In this document: positions 37,001 to 49,000 of the stretch, piece after piece
Position numbering within the stretch: the first letter of the stretch is position 1
Layout of the letters: each line of letters opens with the position of its first letter
DNA from: Opitutales bacterium
Lineage (GTDB): Bacteria; Verrucomicrobiota; Verrucomicrobiia; Opitutales; Seribacteraceae
Length of the DNA: 64,000 nucleotides
Direction: 5' to 3'
Assembly: GCA_038105525.1 (NCBI GenBank)
Contig: JAYOCQ010000008.1
Coordinates: forward strand, 10,509-74,508
Translations under genes and position numbers: made by a program
The notes under the pieces: generated by a model
Told to the model about the DNA's origin: nothing
What the model saw: only the letters and a program-made list of their open reading frames with translations
The model's database searches: none

Positions 37001-40000
37001 AAAGGTTCGACCTATCCGGCCTCCAAGCTCATCGACGGCCAATTGCCGGCCGACGGCTGGAGATCGACTTGGACGGCATGGTACGGGGTGAACCCACAAC
37101 TAACCTTCAACCTAGGCAGGGAATGGCCCATGAACAAGGTTCGCATCTATTTTCAGCCCTTTTCCCGTGACGACGAGCTCAAGGAGATCGACGTCTACGT
37201 CGCAGATGACGAAATGAACTTTCTGCTCTATGAAACGGTGAATGGGTTTGCCGGCCCAGTGGAGAGAGGAAAGTTCATCGAATTTTCCCTGGAAGGAGTA
37301 TCCACTTCCTCGGTCCGGCTGGTTCCGAAATTTCAGGGATGGGGACACCAATGGGGAGAGGTTGAGTTCTGGGTCTATGACGACGGCATGTTCGAAATCG
37401 ATACCAGCGGACTGGCCAGCGGTGAAACTTACCATTACCGCGCCTTCGCTTCCAATTCGGGTGGATCCGTATGGGCTCAGGAAACCAAGGCTTTCGTAGC
37501 CGAAGACAAGGTGTCTTACGACTCCGGGAAACTCTTCATCAACACGAGTTTGGCGACTTGGGAACATTCCAACGGAGATCTTCGTCTCGGAGAGGTTACC
37601 GATCACACCTATTTCGACGATCAGGGCAACCCCTACCCTTACAAGGTATGCACCTTCAACTTCGACCAACTGAGCCTTGCCGGAAGTCTCGAAATCTCGA
37701 TCTCGGGAGAGGCTTCCCTGCAAATCCAGGTATCCGGCAATGCATACGTCGGAGCTCGAATGAGCCTGAACGGATCTGCGGGTGGAAGCGAATCGCCTGG
37801 ATCAGCCGGTTCCGGCGGATTCAAGGGAGGCAAGGTAAACGAACGAGGCCTTGGTCCGGGCGGTGGTTTGTCCGGCTCCAACCCGGGTGGAGGAGGATAT
37901 GGCGGAGCCGGAGCGCGATCCACTCTCAATTCCGGCAAACCTTACGGAGACGGTCAGATCACCGCGCTCATCGGCGGAAGCGGAGGAGGCGGATACCTCA
38001 TTGATTCCTCAGGTGGTTCGGGAGGAGGAGCCCTTTCCATCGAAGCGACCGAAAAATTGGAAATCGATGCATACCTGGTCGCAACCGGCGGAGCGGGAGC
38101 GTCGGGCAGCGGGGGCGGATCCGGAGGGGCTCTCCGTCTTTCCTCGGATCGACTTTCCCTTACCCCGAACGCCTTTCTCGACGTTTCCGGTGGAAACGGA
38201 GGCGGAGCGGGGGGAAGAATCTTTCTCAGCGGGAGGGAAAGCTTCGAAAACTCGGGCTCCGACAACCTCTTCGCGGAAGGTGGCGGGGGGGTCGACGCCG
38301 GCACAGAAGGAAGCGTCCGATTCGATCAACCGATCGAGCAGGCCGATCTGGTGTACTACTCCGGCACGCTCTTGATCGATACCAGCAAGGCGATCATCAG
38401 GCACAGCAGCGGCGACCAATACTATGGATTGATCGAAGATCGAGCCTACCGGCATACGGACGGATCGGTCTGGTCGTACTCGGTCTGCAAGTTCGTCTTC
38501 GAAGAAATTCGACTCGGAGGAAGCCTGGTAATCGAAACCAGCGGTCGAAGCGCATTGCTGCTCGAAGCGGCATCCGGAGACCTGATTCTGGGAACCGATC
38601 TTCGGGCCGACGGAGGATCCGCCGAAACAGTCGGTGGATTTGCCGGAAAGGGAATACTGGGTGGCTATGACGGTGTGATTTCCGGAAATATGGTGGGCGA
38701 AGGTCCGGGAAGATCCCTACTCGTCTCCGACCAAGGACATGGAGCGGCTCATGGTGGACATGGCTCGGGCGAATCAGAAACCTACGGTTCGGCTGAACTT
38801 GCGGACTTGGTCGGAGGGAGTTCCGGAGGATCTTCCTCCGACAACGGATCCGGCGCCGGAGGGGGAGCGATTCACCTGCTCTCAGCCGGACGAATTCTCA
38901 TTCAGCCCAACGTCACTCTCTCCGCCAATGGTGGAAACGGGGTACGCTCATCCGCCTCCGGCAGCGGCGGAGCGATCCGACTGGAAGGTCAGACGGTAAC
39001 GAACCTGGGGCGCATCGAAGCCCGCGCCGGCAGAGGGGTGACCTTGTCGGGGACCAGCCAGACTCGTGGATCGGGCGGAGGTCGCGTCGCCTTACACGCA
39101 ATTGCGGAAGTCACGGTTGGAGAAGTCGACGTGTCAGGCGAGTGGCTTAGTTCGGAGGGCTCGGTATACGTGGGAGGAAATCACTTCGCATCCACCCTGG
39201 ACTTGGATCGGGGAACCCTTACCTTCGATACGAAATCAGGCTGTTTTTCTGTTGAAGGAGGCGCCCACGGCACCGGAGTCATTCGCCAAACGAGCTACCT
39301 TGATGGCGAAGGAAGAAACTGGGAATATGCAACTTGTACCTTCGTCTTCGGATCGGTTCGGTTGGGACCGGAAGTCGAGGTGATTCTAAAGGGAGACAAA
39401 GCCCTGATCATACAGGTCATCGCCGGGGGAGACTTCACCACCGCAACCGATTTGATTCTCGATGGTGGAGATGCCTCAGGCTCGGATGGTTACGGCGGTC
39501 GGGCCGCGCTGGGTCCCTGGCATGGCAGAAGCTCCGAAGCCTTGATCGGCGACGGACCGGGGGGAGCGCCGGTGGAAAATGGCGCCGGGGTCGGAGGCAT
39601 CTACCATTACAACGAAGACGGACTTGCCCTCGTTCCCGGATCAAGCGGTTCCAGCGGCAGCTCCTTTCAAGGATCCGGCGCCGGAGGCGGAGCCATTCGA
39701 ATCGAGGTCGACGGCAACCTTCACCTCTTGGGTGGAGCCATGATCTCGGCGTCGGGTGGAAACGGTCGATTCGACCAAGATCCGGACCGTCCCGGAGGAG
39801 GCGGATCCGGTGGAGCCGTCCATCTTTTCGGACAAAACATCTACAACGAAGGGATGATACGAGTATTGGGAGGCAATGGGGGCGCCGGAGACGGTCAGGT
39901 TCTGCTTGCTTCCGCGGGAGAAGTGGAAGCGGGCATCATCGAGTCGGGCAACGGAAGGGTCTTGCGAGTCACTCCGCCAACCATCGAAGTAGATAGAATT

Positions 40001-43000
40001 CATTACCTAAGCTACCGCAATTCCAACCATCGCATTCTTCGAACGAAAGTAGGGACGAGACCGCAAAACCTACGCGCGTACTGGCCGATGGACGAAGATC
40101 AAGGATTCGCCCTGCTCGATTCCCTTGGCGCTTTCAATGCGACTTTCGCCGGGAACGTCGAACGAGTGGAAGGAAGAATCGGCTCCGCGGTTCTCCTTGA
40201 CGGCGAATCGGGCTACGCTTGGACCGATGCCACCGCATCCGATTTGGGAATCGATGGAAAGAATCCTCGATCCATCTCCTTTTGGGTCTGGGTGGACTCC
40301 TATCAGCCTAGCGCAAGATCCGGACCCTACGGCTACGGCGATCTCAAGCAACCCGACGAATCGAATCGGTACTGGAGCTTGCGCAACTTCGATCATGAGA
40401 ATTACTCCGCATTCTTCAGCGAGCATTACGGATGGAACCTGATGGTTTCCCATGGGGTCGAGATGCGAAACAACTGGACGCACCTCGTTCACTCCTACGA
40501 CGGGTCCAGAGTAGCCGTTCATCTCAATGGCGAACTGGTCTCTTCCGAGGCCAGAGGATTGATCGAGACCGGAAAATCAGAACCTTTTCTGATCGGTCGC
40601 GCCAGCTACCAATCGGACACTTTCTTCAGGGGAAGAATCGACGACCTGAGAGTCTATGACGATCGATTGAGCGACGGAGAGATCCAAGCAATTTCCACCG
40701 CCGAAGATCTCTTCCTCGAACCCGTCGATTTACAATTTCAAATCAGGATCGACGGAGAATACGAAGCGCTCGAGGTGAATGGTCTTCCCAAGGGGCTGTC
40801 TCTGGATCCCTCGACCGGAGAAGTCTTCGGATTGCCTGAGGAAATCGGGACCTTCGATCTAAACGTCACCGCAACCAACCGAGCCGGATCCAGCAAGCAA
40901 ACCATACGCTTGTTCATCGACAAGTCGGAGCCTCAAATGGAGAGCGTGCGACCGAAAAACGTCAGTTCCAGCGGGGCCCAGGCTCTCGGCCAGATCCTGT
41001 CCGACGGAGGCGAACCCGTATCGCTCACCCTCTTCTGGGGAGACAATGACGGCGGAACAAAGCCCGGAGACTGGGATCACAACCTCACTTTGGAAGGAAG
41101 TTTTTCCGACGGCAGGGTTGGTTCGTTCATCCATGACTTGGAAGGAAACTCAACCTACTACTATCGTTGGAAGGCGTTCAATTCCGTGGTCGATCAAGTA
41201 TGGAGCAAGCCAAGTGAAAACGGATTGATTCATTGGTGGAGCTTCGATGAGGTCGCGGGCAATCGCATCCTCGACCAAGCCGGCGAAGTCGATGTTTTGC
41301 TCGAAGGACTTTCCTCGGAGGATCGCGTATTCGCCTACAAGGGAATGGGCATGACCTTTTCGGGGGAGAGCGAGGAACGAGTCACTGCCAAGAACTACAA
41401 GGGGGTTCTGGGCAGCGACCCAAGATGCGTATCCATGTGGATCTTCACCTACGACCGGTCGGCCGTCTTGCTCGATTGGGGCGGAGACGACGGTTCTTCT
41501 TCATGGAGCCTGGTGTTGATCGAGGGAAGGCTGGGCTTGCAGATTGACAAGGAAATCGTCCTTCTCGCCGATCAGACCGTTCCTTCCGGATCTTGGCAAC
41601 ATTTGGCAGCTTGCTTTCCCGCCGGAGCGCAAACCCTGGGTGAAGTCATCCTGTATTTGAACGGATCACCCATGCAGGCATCCAGCGAGCTACTGGTTTC
41701 TCCATTGGAACTGGATCCGGCCGTATGGTTTGACGCATCCGATTTGGACGGTGATTTCGAAAACGATTCCAGCCCTGCCGGAACCCTGTCTTCCTGGGTG
41801 GATAAAAGCGGAAATTCACGAACCGCCACCGTCAGCAAAGGCACTCCCGAACTGAACGTCTCGGGCGGGCCGAACGGAGGCCGAGTCATCGAGTTCAGAA
41901 GCGGCTTCGCAGATGCGAGTACGGGAGATGAAGAGCTGGCCATATCCGGAACCTTTTTCATCAAAGATCATTTTTACGTCCTTCGCAGCCCCCACTCTAC
42001 CTGGAGCGACTACGGAGGCATCATCGGACACGATGGTTCCGGATCCGGCGAAGATCGCAACAGCAACTTCATCTTCGAGAGATCGAACACCTATTTTCAT
42101 GGCAACCAATACCCTGACGCCGTGTGGAAAAACGGCCTGTCCATTGCAAGTTCGAATTTTGATTTGGGTACGATCAACGAGTACATGATCTTGCGCATCG
42201 TCGTAAATGACAACGATACCTCTGCTAAATCCACTTGGTCAATCGGCAACGTTTCGGCCGATTGGAGCATGGACATGGACTTGGCCGAGGCGGTATGTTT
42301 TTCTACCGAACTTTCCGAGGATGAGGCAGGACAAATCGAAGGCTATCTCGCCCACAAATGGAACTTAAATTCGCAATTACCCGTCGAGCACCTCTACCAG
42401 GACCTCTCTTCCCGCAGCATCGACACCCTCCCCTTGCGTGACCTCACCATCGGCGGAAACGACCCCTCGAGCAAATTCAGCGGCGCAATCGACGAAGTTC
42501 GCATATACGAACGGAGCCTGTCTTCATCGGAAATCGCCACCCTGTACCTGGACGGAACCATTCGATTCCAAACCTCGGACAGCGCTCAGCCACCCATAGT
42601 GGAACTGACGGGAAGTCAACCGGAAGCCAACAACTCATTGACCCTTCTGGGAGAACTATCGAGCGTGGATCAGAACAATCCGATCATTACCATCTTTTAC
42701 GGTTCGAGCGACAATGGATTCGAATCAAGCGGATGGGAAGCGAATGTCTCCGTCAATTCGGGCAACCCGGTGACAACGGGAGAATTCAATGCCACCATCG
42801 GTGGATTGATCCCCGGACAACGCTATTATTTCCGGGCCTTTGCTCAAAGCGCGGACGGAGAGGATTGGTCCAGCGGGGAACCGGGGATCAAGGACGAATT
42901 GCTCGCCTACTGGAGAATGGATGAAAGCAACGGCAGCGAAGTCATCGATTCAGTGGTTCCCCTTCGGCATGCATCGATGCAAAACCAAGATCCGTCGACA

Positions 43001-46000
43001 CCTCGCCCGGCAGGACGGTCAGGCAAAGCCCTTGAAATGGACGGCGCCGAAAGCTGGTTGGATTTGGATCCGCAAAACACCGCCTACCTTGGTGAATCCT
43101 TCGATCAAAGAACCTTCAGCGCCTGGATCAAGATTGACCCCCGGGTTTACGTCGGGCCGGAGCTCACCAAATACGAGAAACTTTCCGCCTACTTTCCGCT
43201 GGATACGGGATTCGGAAACCTGGCCTACGACGCCAATTTCGACCAACTCGAGGCAAGGGTGGAAAACGGAGAAGACTGGGTAAGCGGTCGCTTCTACAAT
43301 TCCCTAAGGTTCGTGGAGGCAGATGACTTGCTGTCCATTCCGGCCAGCGACTCCCTGAGCGAGGTTCACCGGGATTCCTTCTCCATCTCCCTTTGGGTGA
43401 ATCCGGAGTTGCCCATGCCCGGAAAATACAACTCCGGACAGCTTCGCTCCTTCGGATTCAGACTTTCGACCAGTGATTATTTCCTCAATGAAGTAAACAA
43501 CCTCATGGAACTGGTCCCCGATTACTCCTCTTTGCTCACCGACGACCTCACCGACTTCGACCCCGATACCTTCGATCCCTCCAGCATTCCCGGGCTCAGT
43601 CTATGGCTGGATGCAAGCGATTTGATTTCCGCCGATTCCGTTTGGAACGAAAAATCGGGATTGGGGAATCACGCGCTTAAAAACGGATCACCCACCGTCT
43701 CCATCGGGGATCAGAACGGACTTTCCCTCATGCATTACGACGGATCAGACGGGAATTATCACTCCTTCAATCGTATTTCCGACATCCGCTCCGCTTTTTG
43801 GGCCCTGGATTACGACGGAGGATTTTGGTACCTGCTTGGCGACACGGGTTCCTACCATTTTCATACCAACGGCGCGAACAGCATCTTTCACCCAACCCAT
43901 ACGCACGGCAACATCAAATCCGGCGGCAGCCTCAGAATCAACGGTTCCGCCTATGACCTCTACGGAAGTTGGCCCACGGATTTCTCCATCTACTCGCTGG
44001 TCACCGCCGGCAACGTCCAGGCCAACAACTTTTCCAACGACAGAAACATCGGCGGAAGGTACGCCAAGGCATCGCTTGGAGAGATTCTCGTCTACAATCA
44101 GGAATTGACCAATGAAAACGTCAAGAAGGTCGAATCCTACTTGGCCGAAAAATGGGGCATGAGCGATGAGTTTTCCGATGCCGGAATCAAGAAACTCAAG
44201 CTGGAGACGGATGCCGACTTCCTCAACCTCGATCTGGGCTCAGGTTCCTACGACAACGCGATTGCATTGTTCACCGGATTCTTCCAAGCAAAGGAAACAG
44301 GGGCCTATTTCTGGGAACTGCTTGAAGTGGACGATCAAGCCGCTCTCTGGATCGACTTGGATCAAAACGGCTTTTTCGATGCCAATGAGCGCATCCTGCA
44401 CTTCTCCGACGATTCCACGGGCGGCGTGACCAATCAGGCGATCACTTTGAATCAGGGATTCTATCAATTGGCCATTTACCACGGAGAGATCAGTGAAAAC
44501 GCATCCCTGGAAGTGAAGTTCTCCACCCCTTCGAGTACGTCGGGGCCCTCAAGCTCAACCACCCTCCATCCCGGCGATGAAAAACAATCCGATCTGTTCC
44601 TGACCGCCAATCGGCATACCTTGATTCGTCGAGGTCCGCTTCAATTGGGGATCGATGGTTCGGGGGCGCTTTTCTACCGGCACGTCAACGAAGGGGGCAG
44701 CATTTTGATCGAATCAAACCAAACCATTCAAAATTCCAACTGGTCGCAAGTCGGTCTTTCCGTCGACTTCAACTCCTCGGCCATTCGTCTCTATCTCAAT
44801 GGAGAGCTGGTCGGAGAGGGATCGTTTCCGGAAGGAGCATCCCTCGACCTCCAGGATTACGGCGATTGGCAGGTTGGAGGAATCAACGAACTGGAAAAGG
44901 ATTCTTTCACCGGACGAATCGATGATTTGCGCATCTATTCCACCGCTCTAACCACGGACGACATGCGGGAAGTCTCCTCCGACGATCTGACCGGTCGTAC
45001 GATCGCAGGATTCCGCAAGCAGGTCATTTACGACGAGGGCAGCTCTGAAAACGGCTTCCTCATGGTAAACGACCACGGCACGATCCGGGCCCAAGTGATC
45101 GAAAACGGAACCGTGGTGGAAGTGGCCACCAACCGATTGATCGAAAAGGAAGGCAGCTCCGCCTCTTTCAGCCTGGCTCATCTGCCTCAGGTCGTTTGGT
45201 GGCTCGACGCTTCAAATCCGGATAAACTGACCCTGGACAACGGCGAAGTCGTGGAGTGGTGGGACAGCCTTCGGGGAGATTCCTACTTCGGACAGACCAA
45301 CTCCGCCAAACGCCCCGAATACGATGCCACCGGTCTGAATTTCCTTCCTTCCGTAGATTTCGATACGGTCGGATCGAACAAGGACTCTCTGCACGCGTAC
45401 AGAAACGGAGCTTCCTACAACCCCTTCGGGGTCAACGGAGCCACCAGCGGCAGTGTAAGCGACGTCGCGATATTTCTCGCTTTCCAAGTGGACTCGCATG
45501 CCAGAACGACTTTCCCATTCAACCTCGGTTGGGGGGACCATTTCCCCTGGAGCAACGGATCGATCTTTTGGTGGTTCTCCGACAACCGCAAGGCAGTCAA
45601 CCTCGGAGGGGCAGCCACCCCCATGATCTTATGCCTGCATTTTTCCGTAACCGATTCAATCCAGGCAATCTACAAAAACGGAAGCAGCATACTCAGCGGT
45701 CCCCGCACCGCCCCGACCAACATCGGCGGATCCTTCTTCTTTCCTGGAACCGGCGGCAACGACACCTACATGCCTGATTACCACGTTGGCGAACTGATCG
45801 CATGGAACGGACTACTTTCCGAGATCGATCGTCAGTACGTCGAGGGTTACCTTGCCCACAAGTGGAACCTGGCCGATTACCTGCCCGGCAATCACAGCTA
45901 TCTGGATGCTCCCCCCGAAGGCCCGGACTCTCTCTCCAAAGCCAACGAGGTGGATGATGCCTGGCGCCACTGGACCGTTTCCTATGGCGAAAACCCTGGT

Positions 46001-49000
46001 AATCTAAACCTCTACCTTGACGGAGAATTGATTGCCGGACCGGTGCGTATTCAAGCAAGCGGAACGGTTTCCAACCATGACGAAAAGCCTTCGATCGGTT
46101 CCAATCAGGGCAGTTTCAACCTGAATGGCTTCGGTAAATTCAAAGGATTCATCGACGAAGTCAGAATTTATGATCGCGGATTGAATGCCGAAGAAGTGAA
46201 ACAAATTTATCTCGGCGACTCCAACAACACAGGGGTCGTCGAGTTCCGGGCGATCGAGAAACCGAGCGTACGCACGCTTTCCGCTTTGGAAGCCCGCCCT
46301 GATTCGGCATTGCTTCGCGCGGAGGTGACTTCCATAGGGGGAGAACTCGTTGAATCCGCGAGTCTAACCGACAGAAGCTTCAGGGAAGAAACCTTTGCGG
46401 GCATGCAGGCATGGTATTCGGCGGATAGTTTGGTGGGAGCGAACGGTTCGGGAGTTTCTCATTGGAAGGATCAGTCCCAACACGCAAGGGATTTTGAAAA
46501 TGTTCTGGGAAACCCCAGGCTGCTCACCTTCGGATTGAACGGAAAACCCACGCTCTCCTTTGATGGCGACGACTTGCTTTGGACGGGGAGTGACTTCGAT
46601 TTTCTTACCGATACGGGATACACCATGGCATCCCTCGCCCGATATTCCGGATCGCAAAGCCAGAGAGTGATCACTTCCCGAACGAGAAATTTCCTCTTTG
46701 GATTCCATGGGGCTTTGGTTGGCCGCTGGTATGCGGAGGGCTGGATTTCGACCGATGGAACGTTGGACAAGGAATGGCACCTGCATCTCGGAACCATTGG
46801 AGACAACAAGGGTGACCCGGCGGCATCCTTCTGGCAGGACGGCGTGCTCATCACAGATCAATCCCGAGGCTCGAACAACCTCAACTTCGCGCCGGGCGTG
46901 CTTCAAGTGGGAGGTTGGAAGACCGGAGAGGAATTCTCCACCTGCGAAATCGCCGAACTGATGATTTTTTCAGGCGAACTGAATGCTCTGCAACGCACGC
47001 AACTGGAAGGTTACCTCGCTCACAAGTGGAACCTGCAGAACGAAACGCTCCCCTCCGATCACGCCTATTCCTCGGCTTCTCCCTTCGGTGGGCAAAGCAG
47101 TTATTCCGAAATCACAAGTCTCGGCGGAGATCCGCCCGAAGTCTTCTTGTTTTGGGGCGACGAGAAGGTGGAGGAAAATTCCACTTCGACGGATCCGGAC
47201 GACAATTCCTCATGGGATTACGTCATTCAGTTGAGCGATTCCGCGGATCTAGGAACACTCGAACACCTGCTGTCCTCGAACTTGGTAGAAAACACGACTT
47301 ACTATTACCGAGCCTATGCGCGCAACCTGGGCGGCGAAACATGGGCGGAGGAGACCTTCGACTTTCGAACCATAGACACCCGATTCACCAAGCACACCAT
47401 GAACGGTTTGATTTTTTGGATCGACGCTTCCGATCTGGACGGAGACGAGGAAAGGGATTCGATAGTCGAAGGATCTCCCGTTCCCCTGTGGATCGACAAG
47501 TCCCTGACCCAAAAGAATGCAGTACAACCGATCGTCAGCAAAATGCCGATCTACCGGGCCAATGGATTCGGCAACAAACCCGCAGTGGAGTTCGAATCCG
47601 GAGATTCCATGACCATCGGTACGGTAAGCAATTTTTCCGGACCAATCAACGTCTTCGTCATCGCCGAAGGATCCGGAGTGGTCATTGGAGCCGACGATGG
47701 TTCCTCTTCGTGGACCTTGGAAGCGCGATCCGGCAACCGACTCAACGTCTTCAAGGGGGAAAACGACGCCCTGCAGCAAATGATGCTGGGAATGGATCCC
47801 AGAAGCGGGTTCGGCCTGCTCACGGGGAAAATCTCCGAAGTCATGATCTTCGATCGCTTGCTCGAACCTGCCGAACGCGAGATGATCGAAGGCTACCTTG
47901 CTCACAAATGGGGCATACTCGACGATTTGGCCCAATCGGGATTTTCGGTGAAAGACGGGTTGATCCTCTACTATCCGTTCAACGAAACCGGGGGATCCGT
48001 GGTCGAGGATTATTCCCTCGATCTAAGGCATGGAATCGTAGTTGATGCAGACTTGGGAACCGATGGCAAATTTTCCTCGGGCATCGGTTTCGACGACATC
48101 GAACCGACCACCGCAAAGATCGATCTCTCCCTCAACAAACTGGATCTGGGCGTTTCCCAATCCTGGTCTCTTTCCACCTGGTTCAAACAGCCCATCGTAT
48201 CGAGCGAATTCAGCGTATTGAGGCATGCCCTGACTTATTCCGTTCTGGAACAATACGTTTACGTCAATGACACGGGGGATTTCCTTGGTGTTCTGTTCGG
48301 TTTTCAAGCGGAACCCGAGCAGGACCTGCTCTCCTTGACCAGTTTGAGTGATGGCTGGCATCACTTGGTCGCGGTTTCCAGTCCATCGGCGACCAACTTG
48401 TTCGTCAACGGATCCTTGGCGACTGCGTATTCCGATTCCTTCTCCCTTGAAATCGAATCGATCGGAAACATCGGTGGAGTCGGAGGCGGAAGGTTCTCTC
48501 CCGCTCTGGATGACTTCAGGGTCTACAACCGCACGCTTTCAACCAGCGAAGTCACCGAGCTGTACGGAAACGGGGATGGTGATTTCGGCACCCACGTCTA
48601 TGCGGAATTCCCGCCTGTATTCGACAACGTCCCGGAAATCCTCGTCCCCAAGGATGCCGTGGTTCACTGGAAATTCGATTCCTTGGACGGCTCCGAGGTT
48701 CTCGACTCCTCCGGTTTGGAAAACCATGCCGTGGTCATCGACAAGGAGGAGGAGTTCGACCTGTTTCTCGAAAATGCAATCGAAGGAAAGCGACAAGGCG
48801 CGATTTACTTCGACGGCAACCTCACCCTCAAGTTGTCGGGCAGTCCGGAGGTGGCCGCCGCTCGATCGGCCTTCAGCATCGCTTTTTGGATCAACACCGA
48901 AGACCGCAATGCAGATCTGATCGACTGCGGACGATTTCAGGTGTTCATATCCGAAGGCTACCTCAACGCTCAGGTCTACGTCGGTTCCAGATGGAAACAA

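Noticed and set aside
23660-39975. Gly-rich runs as RTX nonapeptides or collagen repeats
   Set aside because: No GGxGxDxUx consensus and no sustained G-X-Y periodicity; the protein has a Sec-type signal.
8171-47090. Guest domains as inteins or self-splicing introns
   Set aside because: No C/S-start with HN-C/S/T end, and no Hint, homing endonuclease or RT motifs; guests are ordinary in-frame extracellular folds.
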